From the NCBI GenBank assembly GCA_963753345.1, contig CAVWBU010000041.1, positions 1 through 64,000 of the forward strand: 64,000 nucleotides of DNA. The letters run 5' to 3'. Under the pieces are notes generated by a model. The model was not told the DNA's origin, searched no databases, and was given only the letters and a program-made list of their open reading frames with translations. A program made the position numbers and the translations under genes. Below, in pieces: positions 12,802 to 25,577 of the stretch. How positions within the stretch are numbered: position 1 is the first letter of the stretch; each line of letters begins with the position of its first letter. Source of the DNA: an uncultured Fibrobacterota bacterium. GTDB lineage: Bacteria > Fibrobacterota > Chitinivibrionia > Chitinivibrionales > FEN-1185.

Positions 12802-13317
12802 TTTCTTCTCTCCTTTGTTAAATTTCGATTTTTTTTCTCCAAAAGAAACGGTACTCCTGTGCAAAAAATCTTACCGCCGTTCCCCCCTTTCTTAAAATTG
12901 GGTTGAAGAATTACATTGCACTTTGGTGCTTAAATGGAAATGTTACGAAAAAAGGTTCCGGATTAAGATCCCCCCGGAACACAACCCAACGGTTATGTAA
13001 TATGGTAGCAAACCGCGTGCAACAGCTCCGTTTCAAACGAAATCATCCTCTTATCCGGCATAATCAGCCGATACCCGTTGGAAAATATGTAGTCAATAGA
13101 CCGCGATTTCCACGTCATCATGCCAGCCCTGCAACTTTTGCGCATTGTTTTCAAGGCTTTACAAGCATGCTTGTCTTTTGAGGAGTTTCAACCTCAAAGG
13201 ATTGATACTTAAGCGGATAATGTCTGCTCTTCTCAACATTGCGAACGCTTTCGAAAAACGCTGAACTCATCCGCCAGAGCAACAACGCAGAATCCATGGA
13301 GTATTTTCCACAATCTC

Positions 13318-14130
13318 ATGACTATTACCGCCCGCATCATCGACGACGTTCCTCATTCCGCCGCCTTCAACATGGCGGCCGACCTGCATGTACTTTCCTT
13401 ATGCGACAAGACTCCGGCGATCACGGTGCGATTGTATTCATGGGAAAAGCCCTCGATAACGCTCGGCGTTTCGGAGAAACCGCACGAAACGCTCGACCTC
13501 GGAGCGCTGGAACAAGCGGGCGCTGAATGGATACGGCGCCCCACCGGAGGAAGATCGGTCCTGCACGACGGCGACATCACCTATTCCTGCATTTTCTCCG
13601 CGCATTCGCCCGGCATGGGCGCGACGCTCATGGAAACGTACCGGGTGATTTCCGATTGCCTTATGGCAGGGCTCGCTTGCGCGGGCATCGACTGCTCCAG
13701 GCACGATTCACCGCACGACCGCGTGAGACCCGGAGGCAAAACGCGGCTTCCCTGTTTCCTTTCGCCCAACCGCCACGAAATAATGGCCGGCAAAAGGAAA
13801 CTGGTCGGCTCCGCGCAGAAAAGGACCGCCGGGGCAGTGCTGCAGCACGGCTCCATTCCCGTGACCGGCGCATTCCGGAATCTGCCCGATTTCCTGCGGC
13901 TTTCGCCGCAGGAGCGCGAAGCGCAGAAATCGCTGCTCCAAGAAAAGTGCGTGTGCGTGCGGGAACTTCGGCCCGAACTTGACGAAAAAAAATTGCGATC
14001 GTGCCTGATCCGGGGATTTTGCGAAACCCTTCCCTTTGCCTGCAGCCTGTCGCCCTGGACGCCGGAGGAGATCACAACAATCGAAACAATGGCGAACAGC
14101 AGCGAATTCAAAACAAAATGGCAATCATAA
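13318..14130 (+). CDS. Lipoate-protein ligase A / octanoyltransferase (LipM-like) family protein
   Basis: NMAADL, RLYSW, IRRPTGGRSVLHD, KLVGSAQKR, LQHGSI. Confidence 0.9.
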   Translation: MTITARIIDDVPHSAAFNMAADLHVLSLCDKTPAITVRLYSWEKPSITLGVSEKPHETLDLGALEQAGAEWIRRPTGGRSVLHDGDITYSCIFSAHSPGMGATLMETYRVISDCLMAGLACAGIDCSRHDSPHDRVRPGGKTRLPCFLSPNRHEIMAGKRKLVGSAQKRTAGAVLQHGSIPVTGAFRNLPDFLRLSPQEREAQKSLLQEKCVCVRELRPELDEKKLRSCLIRGFCETLPFACSLSPWTPEEITTIETMANSSEFKTKWQS

Positions 14131-14253
14131 GCTCGGTAGCTTCTCCTCGGACCAATTCATCACTTTAATCCCCGTTTACAAACACATTCCTTAAAGTAAA
14201 GTAATGACTTTCTACCAACCAGTTGCATCATGCAGGGCAATGTCCGTCTTCCC

Positions 14254-14395
14254 GCGTTAGGCAGGACCGGAGTGGTCCCGCCATAGCGGGATTGCCGGCC
14301 GACCCTCGCCGTAGGCGACTCGGGCGGTTCGGCAACGAGGCCAACGGGCCGAGCCCGAAGGGAGGGCCGACCCGAGCGCAGCGAGGGGAACGCCC
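14254..14395 (+). ncRNA. Structured intergenic element, copy A (candidate ncRNA or repeat)
   Basis: GCGTTAGG..ACCGGAG, stem TCCCGC/GCGGGA, TTGCCG/CGGCAA, GAGGC..GCCGAG, GAAGG..CCGAC, AACGCCC; same order of motifs as five other loci. Confidence 0.6.
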
Positions 14396-14488
14396 AGCTC
14401 TATCTTACCTTTATTATCTTCTTATTCCAGCGCCCGCCGCACTTTCTTTATTATTTTCCTGTACTCGCTTTCCACTTTGGAGAAGCCC

Positions 14489-16291
14489 ATGAATCATTCC
14501 GCGGCGCGCCTCCTGTGCGCCACTCTCGTAATGTTTCTCTTGACATGCGCGCCTTCGGGGAACCGCTCCGGCGCTTTTGAGGCCGTCGACTACGCCGCAA
14601 TTCAGGAAAAGGCCGCGCACTTCGCGTGGGCAGCGGGCTCCGCGGGCGGCGAGCTGGTGCGCCCGTCGTTCTCCGATCCCCGGTCGTTCAACCCGATCAC
14701 CTCTGCGGACATTGACACAAGAGAGATAACCGGCCTCATGTACGAGGGGCTGGTGCGCATCAACCCCATTACGCTCACGCCCGAGCCCGGCCTCGCGCAA
14801 TCGTGGACCGTGTCGCACGACGGGCTGGTCTGGGACTTCTCGCTGAGGTCCGGTATCGCATGGTCCGACGGCGCGCCGTTCACCGCGCAGGACGTCGAAT
14901 TCACCTTCGACAGCCTCGTATTCAACGATTCGATAAACCCCAATTCCGCGCGTGACGTGTTCGCCATTGAGGGAAAAAAGCCGGCCGTTTCGGTCGTGGA
15001 CAGTGCCACGGTGCGCTTTATGCTCCCGGTGCCCTACGCCCCGTTTCTGCGCGCCATGGCGCAGGAGATCCTGCCGCGGCACAGGCTTGCGTCGTTTGCA
15101 AAATGGAATTCGTTTTCGGCCGCGCTCGGCGTCGCCGCCCCGCCCGATTCCATGCCGGGTACGGGGCCGTTTGTGCTTGAATCGTTCGTCGCGGGCAAGA
15201 AGACCGTGCTCAGGCGCAACCCGCTGTACTGGCAGAAGGACTCGGCCGGAAAAAGCCTTCCCTACCTTTCACGCGTGGTGTTCTCGGTTGTTAAGGACCA
15301 GAACACGGAGCTTGCTCTGTTCAAAAACGGACAGCTGGACTACCTGAAGGCAAAGGGAGAGGACTATCCCGGGCTCAAAAAGGATGAGGCCAGGGGAAAT
15401 TACACGGTGTACCGTCTCGGCCCCGCCTCGGGCAGCTACTTCGTGCTCTTCAACCAGAACGGCGGGCAAGACCCTGCGACCGGCAATTCGTTCGTCGATC
15501 CCGCGAAACATTCGTGGTTCTGCAGCCAATCCTTCCGGCAAGCTGTGGCCCTTTCTATTGATAAACAGGAAGTCATCAGAAACGTCATGAACGGTCTTGG
15601 ATACCCTCAGCGCGGGCCCATGAGCCCATCGGAAGGATATTTCTACAACCCCGCTGTTTCCGACTATCCGTTCGACACTGCGGCCGCAAAGTTCCTGCTT
15701 GCCAAAGAGGGATTCGCGGACCGCAACCACGACGGCGTTCTGGAAGACGCGGCAGGTCATCCGGTCGAGTTCACGCTGTACACCAACAGCGGCAACACGG
15801 TGCGCATCAAACTGGCCGAGGCGATCTGCAAGAACCTCGCGGCCGTGGGCATGAAGGTGCACCTTGTCCGCCTGGATTTCGGCAGCCTCACCGGGAGGAT
15901 CGACAAGCCGCCCTACGCGTGGGACGCCGTCGTGCTCGGATTGAGCGGTAACGTCGACCCGCATTTCGGATCCAACGTGTGGCGCTCCTCAGGCTACCTC
16001 CACATGTGGAACCCGGGGCAAAAAACGCCGGCCACGCCGTGGGAGGCAAGGATCGACACCATTTTCGAAAGGGCGGGCAGGGAGCTTGACAACAGCAAGC
16101 GCAAGGAGCTGTACGACGAATGGCAGCGGATCGCGGCGGCCGAGCTTCCCCTAGTCTACACGGTGCTGCCGGAGCAGATCTTCTGCCTGTCGAACAAATT
16201 CCGAAACGTCAATCCAAGCGTGACGGGCGGGCTTTTACATTCAATCGAACGGCTCTATGTGGAGACACCACAGCCGGCAGGGGGCAAGTGA
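14489..16291 (+). CDS. ABC transporter substrate-binding lipoprotein, family 5 (peptide/nickel)
   Basis: Lipobox-like LLTC, DPRSFNP, PGLAQSW, WSDGAPFTAQDVEFTF, GTGPF. Confidence 0.9.
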   Translation: MNHSAARLLCATLVMFLLTCAPSGNRSGAFEAVDYAAIQEKAAHFAWAAGSAGGELVRPSFSDPRSFNPITSADIDTREITGLMYEGLVRINPITLTPEPGLAQSWTVSHDGLVWDFSLRSGIAWSDGAPFTAQDVEFTFDSLVFNDSINPNSARDVFAIEGKKPAVSVVDSATVRFMLPVPYAPFLRAMAQEILPRHRLASFAKWNSFSAALGVAAPPDSMPGTGPFVLESFVAGKKTVLRRNPLYWQKDSAGKSLPYLSRVVFSVVKDQNTELALFKNGQLDYLKAKGEDYPGLKKDEARGNYTVYRLGPASGSYFVLFNQNGGQDPATGNSFVDPAKHSWFCSQSFRQAVALSIDKQEVIRNVMNGLGYPQRGPMSPSEGYFYNPAVSDYPFDTAAAKFLLAKEGFADRNHDGVLEDAAGHPVEFTLYTNSGNTVRIKLAEAICKNLAAVGMKVHLVRLDFGSLTGRIDKPPYAWDAVVLGLSGNVDPHFGSNVWRSSGYLHMWNPGQKTPATPWEARIDTIFERAGRELDNSKRKELYDEWQRIAAAELPLVYTVLPEQIFCLSNKFRNVNPSVTGGLLHSIERLYVETPQPAGGK

Positions 16292-16302
16292 AACAAGCGT
16301 TA

Positions 16303-16449
16303 GGAGTTGAGAGTTGAGAGTTAAGAGTTTAGAGTTTAGAGTTGAAAGTTGCGAGTTGATGGTAAAAAGCAGGACATTGTTCTATTCAGCGTTCACGCTT
16401 TGGCATTCACTCTTCACCCTCAACACTCAACTCTAAACTCTTAACTCTC
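16303..16449. repeat. Inverted pair of heptamer arrays (GAGTTDA / THAACTC)
   Basis: gagttgagagttgagagttaagagtttagagtttagagttgaaagtt and caacactcaactctaaactcttaactctc flank a short spacer. Confidence 0.8.
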
Positions 16450-16489
16450 CGCTCTTTTTCTTAACGTGAATTTTCTTGCGGGATCATAT

Positions 16490-18415
16490 ATGAAATGGTT
16501 CTACATCCTCTCTGTTCTTATCGTGGCGACGCTGGTCTCCCTGCCGCTGTTCGTGCTGCGGCCCGCAGGCGGTGCGGCGCACGGCACCGGCGTGGTGTAC
16601 AACGCCATTTACAGCGCGGACGTCAAGTCGCTCGACCCTGCGACCTGCGGCGACGTCACGTCGTCCACCATTCAGGCGAATTTCTACGAGGGCCTGTACA
16701 CGTACCACTACCTCAAGCGGCCGGTAGAAGTTGTGGAACAGCTTGCCGACGGCATGCCCCGCGTGTCGCCCGACGGCTTGACATATACGATAAGGATAAA
16801 AAAGGGCATCCTCTATCACCGCAACCCCTGTTTCGGAAAAGATCCCACGGGCGCACACGCGTGGAACACGCGCATGGTGACGGCCGATGATTTCGTGCTG
16901 TCGCTCAAGCGCGTGGCCGACTACCACGTCAACACCGGGCTCGCCTGGGCGTTTCTCGCCGACCGTATCGTGGGGCTCGACGCCTACCGCGAGAAGACCA
17001 GGCAATTCCGCATCGGCGATTTTTCCCGCTACGACATCCCGGTCGAAGGCATATCGGCGGCCGACAGCTTCACGCTCGTGCTCCGGCTCACGGCCCCGTT
17101 TCCGCAGTTCATCTATGTGCTCGCCATGAACAACGTGTACGCGCCCGTGCCGCGCGAGGTGGTCGATTACCATTTGTCCACAATGGACAACGGCCGCGGC
17201 GGCCGGGACACGGTCCCGGTTGCGGAGCGCGTCCCCGAAATCATGGAGCAGGAGCAGGTGGTGGGCACCGGCCCATACATTCTTACCGCCTTCAAACGGA
17301 AATGGACCATTGTGATGGACCGCAACCCGGAGTACCGGCAGGACTTCTATCCTGCCGAAGGCGAAGGGCCGTCGAGGGACTACGAGGGCGACAGGGCCGC
17401 GGGCCTGCTTGCCGACGCGGGCAAGCGCGTCCCCTTTATTGACAAAATCAACTTCCGCTACGTCGAGGAGGAATATGCCACCTGGATGCTCTTTTTAAGC
17501 AGGCAGGTTGACGTGACAGGAATTCCCGTGGAGACGTTCCAGGCCGTCATCACGCCGGGAAAGGAGCTCACCGATTCGTGGAAGAAGAAGGGCATCGCCC
17601 TCACCAAAGCATCGGACCCCGTGGTGTACTGGATCGCTTTTAACATGGAAGATTCGGTCCTTGGAAAAAGCAAGTCGCTGCGCCAGGCGATTTCCCTCGG
17701 CTACGACGCCGAGAACGAAATACTCATTTTGTCCAACGGCCGGGGAATTCGGGCGGTGAACGCGGTCCCGGCGACCTTTGCGGGGCACAACGAGGCCGGA
17801 CCGGGGCCGTATTTCCGTTTCGACACGCTGGCGGCCCTGCGCAAGATCGAAGATGCAAAGAAGGAACTCGCGGCCGCGGGGCTCCTTAAAGACGGGAAGA
17901 TTCCCGAGCTCAAGTTCGACATGTCCGACGGGCCCATGAACCTGCGCATGGCCGATTTCGCGCGGCAGCAGTTCGAACGGCTGGGCCTGCGGCTCAAATG
18001 CGTTTTCAACGACTGGCCCACGCTCCAGCGCAAGGTGCAGAACAAACAGATCCAGATGTACTACATGGGCTGGGCCGCGGATTATCCGGACGCGGAGGAC
18101 TTTCTCCAGTTGTTCTATTCGAAAAACATCGACAAAGGAACTAATAACTCAAATTACAAAAACCCGGTGTTCGACAGCCTGTACGAGGCGATCCGCGTAA
18201 TGCCCGACTGCCCGGCGCGCACGGCAATCTACGCACGCATGATCAACATCATCAGCGAGGACTGCCCGCTCCTGCCGATTTACGAACCGGAAAACTTCAC
18301 CCTGTACTACAACTGGATGCTCAACATCAAACAGCACCCCATGGGCTACGGCTACCTCAAGTACCGCCGCATCGACGCGAAGCTGCGGCGCGCGCTCGCG
18401 GGAAGCGAGGGATAG
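16490..18415 (+). CDS. ABC transporter substrate-binding protein, family 5
   Basis: KSLDPA, YEGLYTYHYLKRP, VGTGPY, GWAADYPDAEDFLQLFY. Confidence 0.9.
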   Translation: MKWFYILSVLIVATLVSLPLFVLRPAGGAAHGTGVVYNAIYSADVKSLDPATCGDVTSSTIQANFYEGLYTYHYLKRPVEVVEQLADGMPRVSPDGLTYTIRIKKGILYHRNPCFGKDPTGAHAWNTRMVTADDFVLSLKRVADYHVNTGLAWAFLADRIVGLDAYREKTRQFRIGDFSRYDIPVEGISAADSFTLVLRLTAPFPQFIYVLAMNNVYAPVPREVVDYHLSTMDNGRGGRDTVPVAERVPEIMEQEQVVGTGPYILTAFKRKWTIVMDRNPEYRQDFYPAEGEGPSRDYEGDRAAGLLADAGKRVPFIDKINFRYVEEEYATWMLFLSRQVDVTGIPVETFQAVITPGKELTDSWKKKGIALTKASDPVVYWIAFNMEDSVLGKSKSLRQAISLGYDAENEILILSNGRGIRAVNAVPATFAGHNEAGPGPYFRFDTLAALRKIEDAKKELAAAGLLKDGKIPELKFDMSDGPMNLRMADFARQQFERLGLRLKCVFNDWPTLQRKVQNKQIQMYYMGWAADYPDAEDFLQLFYSKNIDKGTNNSNYKNPVFDSLYEAIRVMPDCPARTAIYARMINIISEDCPLLPIYEPENFTLYYNWMLNIKQHPMGYGYLKYRRIDAKLRRALAGSEG

Positions 18416-18418
18416 GCC

Positions 18419-19758
18419 ATGACGCGATACATAGCGCGCCGCCTTGTCCAGGCGGTGTTCACGGTGCTCGGCGTGATGCTGCTCACTTTTGTGCTGTTCC
18501 GGGTGATCGCGGGCGACGTGTCGACCGCATATGTAAACCAGAAGCTGGGCGCGGAGGCGCGCCAGGCCTTTTACGAAAAGCACAAGCTCGACCGGCCGGG
18601 CGTGTTCAATTACCACAAGCGCCTGCTGATTGCCGATAACACCACAGGTCCGCACCCGTTCGAGATTTCGGACCAGGGCGGGTCGATCGCGGCGCGCAGT
18701 CTCGGGCTGCACCTTGCTTCGGCGGCGCCGGACCGGAATTCGCAGGCGTCAAATTCGCGCCTCCGGCTCGCCGGAAGGCTCGTGTTCGCCCTGTCGCCCA
18801 AAACGCCGCTTGCCTCGATGACCGACGGCAGGCCGCTCGTCTCGCAGAAAGCGGGCGCGGCCGCGCCGGCGTGGAGCATAACGCTTTCCGACGGGACCGT
18901 TCTCTTCCGGTGGACCTGTCCCGGGTGCGCACCTGCGGCGACCTTGTGGCCGCGATCGCGTCCTGTCCGGGAAACAGCGGCAAGTTGACGGCCGCGATTT
19001 CGACGTGGTCGCCCGCCTCGCTGTTCGATTCACAGTTCTTCTGGCATTTGTGGGAAAACGTGACGTTTACGGGGAGGAGCTACGCCACGAACCAGAGCCT
19101 GCTTGACATTGTGGGAGAGCGGGGCAAGTTTTCCCTCTCCATCACCGTGCCTGCCATGGTGCTCACCTGGCTGTTCGCCATGATACTCTCCTGCTTCGTG
19201 GCCTATTACCGCGACACCTGGATCGACCGTCTCGGCGTGCTTATCACCGTGCTCGGCATGTGCATCCCCTACCTCGCCTACATGCTTATGGGCCAGTGGC
19301 TCATGTTCAAGATCGCGCCCGGCTACGCGGCCGGGCTTGCGCATCCGTCAAGCATCTACGTGCCCGTGTTCATCGCCGTAATCGCCGGCCTGGGCGCCGA
19401 GGTGCGGTTCTACCGCACCATCATCCTCAACGAAATCAACAAGGACTACGTGCGCACCGCGCGCGCCAAGGGTGTTCCCCTTCCGTCAATACTGTTTTTG
19501 CACGTGCTCAAGAACTGCATGCTGCCCATTCTCACCGAGCTCATCACCACCATACCGTTTCTTATTCTGGGCTCGCTGCTGCTCGAGCGGTTCTTCGGCA
19601 TTCCGGGACTCGGGGATCTGTTGCTCACGAGCATCACGTCGCGCGACGTGCCCATTGTGACGGGTCTCACGTTCCTCACGGCAATTCTGTACGTGGTGAG
19701 CCTGCTCATCACGGATATTCTGTACGCGGTGTTCGATCCGAGGATTCATTTACAATGA
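18419..19758 (+). CDS. ABC permease (OppB/DppB-like) with large periplasmic insert; frameshift near 18900
   Basis: N-terminus MTRYIARRLVQ in 18419..18988; C-terminal DYVRTARAKG, FGIPGLG, DILYAVFDPRI in 18871..19758. Confidence 0.85.
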
Positions 19759-20687
19759 GGAATGCTACTCACCAAAAAGATATAAAAGGCGCGCCCTCCA
19801 GCCGCGGGCTGTGGGCCGACGCCGGTCTGCGCCTCCTGCGCGACAGGACCGCGGTCGCCTGCTTCGCCGTGGTCCTGGTGTACGCGATTATTGCCGTGGT
19901 GAGTCCCATGGTGTTTCCGCACTGGGGCTCGATGCACGACTACCTGCACCGCAACGCGCCGCCGTCGTGGGCCTATCCGCTGGGCACCGACGCACTGGGC
20001 AGGTCGGTGCTCATGAAGGTGCTCCTCGGCGCGCATGTGTCAATGACCGTGGGGTTTATGGCGAACGTGATCGCGCTGCCGCTGGGGATCTTTTTGGGCG
20101 CGCTCGCCGGCTTCTTCGGTCGATGGATCGACGATGTCGTGGTGTGGCTGTACACCACGCTCGCGTCCATTCCCGGCATCATCCTGCTCATCGCGCTCAA
20201 GTTCGCGTTCGCCGACAAGGTGCTGCTGCAGGGAACGCCGTTCGAGCTTGACCTGAGCGGAATGGCCGGCGTGTATATCGCCCTCGGGCTCACGAGCTGG
20301 GTGGGAACGTGCAGGCTCGTGCGGGCCGAGACCATGAAGCTCAAGGAGCTCGATTACGTGCTTGCGGCGCGCGCGACAGGCCGCGGGAACCTCGCCATCA
20401 TGTTCCATCACATTGTTCCCAATCTCATCCATATCGCAATTATCAACTTTTCGCTCGGGTTCGTGGGCGCCATAAGCGCTGAGGTGATTTTGAGCTTCCT
20501 CAACCTTGGCGTTCAGAACCTGCCGAGCTGGGGAAAAATGATCAACGAGGCGAGGATGGACCTGGTGGTCGGCCGCTGGTGGGAGCTTTCGGCCGCGGCC
20601 TCGGCCACGTTTATTATCGTGCTGGCATGGAACATTTTCGGCGACCGGCTGCGCGACGCGCTCGATCCGAAGCTGAGGAATGTCTGA
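19755..20687 (+). CDS. ABC permease (OppC/DppC-like)
   Basis: ATGA overlap with upstream stop; PLGTDALGR, DYVLAARATG, HIVPN, GDRLRDALDPK. Confidence 0.92.
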   Translation: MRNATHQKDIKGAPSSRGLWADAGLRLLRDRTAVACFAVVLVYAIIAVVSPMVFPHWGSMHDYLHRNAPPSWAYPLGTDALGRSVLMKVLLGAHVSMTVGFMANVIALPLGIFLGALAGFFGRWIDDVVVWLYTTLASIPGIILLIALKFAFADKVLLQGTPFELDLSGMAGVYIALGLTSWVGTCRLVRAETMKLKELDYVLAARATGRGNLAIMFHHIVPNLIHIAIINFSLGFVGAISAEVILSFLNLGVQNLPSWGKMINEARMDLVVGRWWELSAAASATFIIVLAWNIFGDRLRDALDPKLRNV

Positions 20688-20693
20688 TCATGA

Positions 20694-21812
20694 TTGACAC
20701 GACAAGAAACAACCGTCCGGACTGAAACCATGGCATCGGGAGAAACACTTCTGCGGGTCTCCGACCTGCGCACCTACTTCGACACCGAGAGCGGTGTGGT
20801 GAAGGCCGTTGACGGCGTGAGCTTTTGCGTGCGCGCGAACGAGCTGTTCGCGCTCGTGGGGGAAAGCGGCTGCGGCAAGAGCGTCACCGCGCTGTCGATT
20901 TTGCGGCTTGTCGCCTGCCCGCCGGGCAGGATCGCGTCGGGGCGCATCGAGCTTGACGGAAAAGACCTTCTGCGCCTTTCTGAGCGCGGCATGCAGGACG
21001 TGCGCGGCGGCCAGATAAGCATGATCTTCCAGGAACCCATGACCTCGCTCAACCCGGTCTTCACCTGCGGGAGCCAGATCGTGGAGGCCATTCTTCTGCA
21101 CCGGAAAGTCTCGCCGGGCGAAGCAAAGACCATGGCCGTGGACATGCTTGCCACCGTGGGAATTCCCGAACCGGCGCAGCGGTTCAACGAGTATCCGCAC
21201 CAGCTTTCCGGCGGCATGCAGCAGCGCGTGATGATCGCGATCGCGCTGTCGTGCAATCCCCGGCTGCTCATCGCCGACGAACCGACAACGGCGCTGGACG
21301 TCACCATCCAGGCGCAGATCCTCGACCTGCTGCGCGATCTGCAGGCGCGGGGCCAGAGCATTCTGCTCATCACCCACGATCTGGGCGTGGTTGCCGAGGC
21401 GGCGACTACGGTGGGTGTGATGTATGCCTCGCATCTGGCCGAACTTGCGGATGTAAAGGACCTCTTCAAGACGCCGCTGCACCCGTACACGCACGGGCTT
21501 TTCAGGTCGCTGCCGCGTCTGGGCGAGAAAAGGCGCAGGCTCGACGCCATTCCCGGCACCGTGCCCTCTCCCCTGCATTTTCCCGAAGGCTGCAGGTTCC
21601 ACCCGCGGTGCGACCTTGCGCGCAAAAGAGCGCAGGAAGCGGGAAGCGTTGACACAAAGGAAATCGAAAGCGGCGACGGCGCGTACCGAGTGCCTGCGCG
21701 GTGCGCAGCGCAGGACCCTCCGCTGCTCGAAGTGCGCCCCGGCCACTGGTGCGCGTGCTGGGAATGCGAGGGGTTCGCACAGGGAAAGGCGACGGATCCG
21801 TCGGAAGGATAG
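20694..21812 (+). CDS. Peptide ABC transporter ATP-binding protein (OppD/DppD-like)
   Basis: [29 protein letters not shown]-terminal Cys cluster. Confidence 0.94.
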   Translation: MTRQETTVRTETMASGETLLRVSDLRTYFDTESGVVKAVDGVSFCVRANELFALVGESGCGKSVTALSILRLVACPPGRIASGRIELDGKDLLRLSERGMQDVRGGQISMIFQEPMTSLNPVFTCGSQIVEAILLHRKVSPGEAKTMAVDMLATVGIPEPAQRFNEYPHQLSGGMQQRVMIAIALSCNPRLLIADEPTTALDVTIQAQILDLLRDLQARGQSILLITHDLGVVAEAATTVGVMYASHLAELADVKDLFKTPLHPYTHGLFRSLPRLGEKRRRLDAIPGTVPSPLHFPEGCRFHPRCDLARKRAQEAGSVDTKEIESGDGAYRVPARCAAQDPPLLEVRPGHWCACWECEGFAQGKATDPSEG

Positions 21813-21963
21813 AACTAAGAGTTAAGGGTTTAGAGTTTAGAGTTGAGAGTGATGAGTGACGAGTGATAAGCGAAGGATGATTTCATGACATCGGCACTTT
21901 TTCATCGATTTGATTTTTTCTTTGCGCCTTTTTGTTGATTCCTTGACTAATACGGATTAGTTC

Positions 21964-23019
<1,056 letters not shown>

Positions 23020-23036
23020 TGAACGAACAAGGAGGC

Positions 23037-23711
23037 ATGATGTCCGGACTGCTTTCGCAACTCGCAACCTGCGTCGAACGCGGCAAGATAAGCGCGGCCG
23101 CACCGTTCCCGGCGGACCTCAAGGGCGCGCCCGGCGCGGACGAGCTCACCGCGCAGGCCCTCAAGGAGGGAATCGCGCCGCAGGACGTGCTGTCAAAGGG
23201 GCTTGTGATCGGCATGTACAACGTTGGCGAGAAATTCCGGCTCAACAAGGTCTTTATCCCCGACGTGCTCATGTCGGCAAAGGCCATGTACGCGGGCATG
23301 AAACATCTGCGGCCGTATTTCACGTCGGGACAGGTGCAGCGCAAGGGCACGTTCGTGATCGGCACCGCTGCGGGCGACCTTCACGACATCGGCAAGAACC
23401 TGGTCGCCATGATCGTGGAGGGCGGCGGCTGGGAGGTGGTGGACCTCGGCGTGGACGTCTCGCTTGACAAATTCGTAAAGGCGGTCGACCAGCATCCGGG
23501 ATGCAGCGTGGGCATCTCCACCCTGCTCACGACCACCATGACCAACATGCGGAAGATCGCGGCCGCGATAAAGGACAAATTTCCGGAAACCCGGGTTATT
23601 GTCGGCGGTGCGCCGGTCACAAAAGACTTTGCGGACACAATCGGCGCGGGGTATTCGGCCGACCCGCAGGGAGCGGTGGATTTTCTCAACACGGGATCAG
23701 TTCGAGGTTGA
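23037..23711 (+). CDS. Corrinoid (cobalamin-binding) methyltransferase protein
   Basis: AAGGAGG RBS; cap domain FIPDVLMSA; base-off motif GDLHDIGKNLV; VIVGGAPV. Confidence 0.92.
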   Translation: MMSGLLSQLATCVERGKISAAAPFPADLKGAPGADELTAQALKEGIAPQDVLSKGLVIGMYNVGEKFRLNKVFIPDVLMSAKAMYAGMKHLRPYFTSGQVQRKGTFVIGTAAGDLHDIGKNLVAMIVEGGGWEVVDLGVDVSLDKFVKAVDQHPGCSVGISTLLTTTMTNMRKIAAAIKDKFPETRVIVGGAPVTKDFADTIGAGYSADPQGAVDFLNTGSVRG

Positions 23712-23806
23712 CAGTTGACGGTTGCGCACTTGTGCACTTGGATTTTCGCTTCCGGGCCGTCTTTGTTCTTTGCGGCCGCTGTACCTGTTCTCTTTGTGAG
23801 GAACCA

Positions 23807-24709
23807 ATGAAAACCATCGTCGAAACAGTCAAGTCCGGCGTCGTGCTCGTATCCGACGGCGCGTGGGGAACGTTTCTCCATGAAAAGGGCCTCGAGCCGG
23901 GCCAATGCCCCGAACTCTGGTGTATCACCCGCAGAAGCGACGTGCTCGACATCGCGAAAAGCTACGTCGCCGCCGGGGCGGACATGATCGAGTCCAACAG
24001 TTTCGGCGGAAGCAGGCTCAAGCTCGCGCATTACGGCCTTGACGGACGCGCAAAGGAGATAAACCGCGCCGCGGCGGAAATCTCGCGCGAGGCCGCGGGC
24101 CCGTCCCGCCACGTGATCGCCTCTATAGGGCCCACGGGAAAAATCCTGATGATGGGCGACGTTTCCGAAAACGAGGTCTACGACGCGTTCGCCGAACAGG
24201 CGGCCGCGCTCGAAGCGGGCGGCGCAGACGCCTGCTGCATTGAGACCATGACTGCGCTCGACGAGGCCTGCCTTGCCGTGCGCGCCGCTCGCGAAAACAC
24301 AAAGCTCGAAATCATCTGCACCTTCACCTTCGACAAGACCGTGGACAACACCTACCGCACCATGATGGGAGTGTCTCCCGCCGACATGGCAGTTGCTCTT
24401 GTCAAGGCAGGCTCGGCCGTCACGGGCACCAACTGCGGTAACGGCATGGAGCGGATGATCGAAATCGTTGCCGAAATCCGCGCCGCGGACGCGAGGACGC
24501 CGATTCTCGTCCATGCCAATGCCGGTCTGCCGGAAAACAGGGACGGAGCGGTGGTGTTTCCCGAAACGCCGGACATGATGGCAGGGCTGGTCCCGCGGCT
24601 TGTAAAGGCCGGCGCGAATATCGTGGGCGGCTGCTGCGGCACCACGCCGGAGCATATCAGGGCGATAAAGAAGGCGGTTGACAGTTTACCGTTGACGGTT
24701 GACGGTTGA
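23807..24709 (+). CDS. Homocysteine S-methyltransferase family protein (MetH N-terminal module)
   Basis: DGAWGT, GTNC, ANAGLP, GGCCGTTPEHI zinc ligands. Confidence 0.92.
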   Translation: MKTIVETVKSGVVLVSDGAWGTFLHEKGLEPGQCPELWCITRRSDVLDIAKSYVAAGADMIESNSFGGSRLKLAHYGLDGRAKEINRAAAEISREAAGPSRHVIASIGPTGKILMMGDVSENEVYDAFAEQAAALEAGGADACCIETMTALDEACLAVRAARENTKLEIICTFTFDKTVDNTYRTMMGVSPADMAVALVKAGSAVTGTNCGNGMERMIEIVAEIRAADARTPILVHANAGLPENRDGAVVFPETPDMMAGLVPRLVKAGANIVGGCCGTTPEHIRAIKKAVDSLPLTVDG

Positions 24710-25136
24710 AAGACACCGCAAAAACACGGAGGCCCGTCTGTGACGAATTGTATCATGTTGGCGTTGCGGTCTGGCGATGCAACAGCTGCCATGAAGAATG
24801 GTTTACCAGAACGAATTGGTCAAGGTAGGAACACCATTCATGAAAAGATCACTCCTCCTGCCGTTCCTGTTCCTCCTTCTCACCTGCGCGCCCAACAAAC
24901 CCAAAATCAACCAGGAGATGTACAGTACCTGGCTCCTTATTGGCAAACGTCGCCCTGTCCGGGCGAGCAAGCCATTGAAAAAATCTGGCAACTGCATCCG
25001 CAATATTGTATAGTCAATAGTGCAATAGTACTCACAGAACCATGACGGTATTGAACAACGCCGCCCTTGGCAACGGGGAACGCACGGCGGTGCTGTTCAT
25101 GTCCGAAATTCATCTCCCCGATCGACGGATTGTACC

Positions 25137-25577
25137 ATGATGCAAAAAGGCAAAAAGTCTGCGGCACGTCCCACAGCGCATGGCCACGGGATTACCGTGA
25201 ACATAAAGAAATTCCTTGCACTATTCCGCAGAGGGAAAGTGACCAATCCTCCGTTGCCGCAGCTTTTCCTTGTTGAATTTTTAGCATGGCTGGGCGCTGT
25301 CCTCATCGTTATCCCACTCCTGTCGGTGCTGCTGTCCTACGTGCTGGCAAATGCGGGTGCCAAGGACCCGCTGCTGTTTGTTGAAATCAGCCCCTGGATT
25401 ATAGGCGCGGCGATCCTTGGTTATTTCCCCAGGCTGGCATGGGTTTATACGCGGAGCGTGTATTTTACCATCGTGGGAACCGTGCTCCTGTTTTTCCCCG
25501 GCGTGATCCTGCTGTTGATGAGTCTCTTCCTGGAATTTTGCTATGCGGCGATTTTTAAGATGCCGGTGAAGATGTAG
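25137..25577 (+). CDS. Hypothetical membrane protein
   Basis: Three hydrophobic segments; no recognised family. Confidence 0.5.
   Translation: MMQKGKKSAARPTAHGHGITVNIKKFLALFRRGKVTNPPLPQLFLVEFLAWLGAVLIVIPLLSVLLSYVLANAGAKDPLLFVEISPWIIGAAILGYFPRLAWVYTRSVYFTIVGTVLLFFPGVILLLMSLFLEFCYAAIFKMPVKM

Noticed and set aside
24840-25045. Possible small frameshifted lipoprotein (MKRSLLLPFLFLLLTC...)
   Set aside because: A plausible lipobox, but too short and unrecognised to call as a feature.
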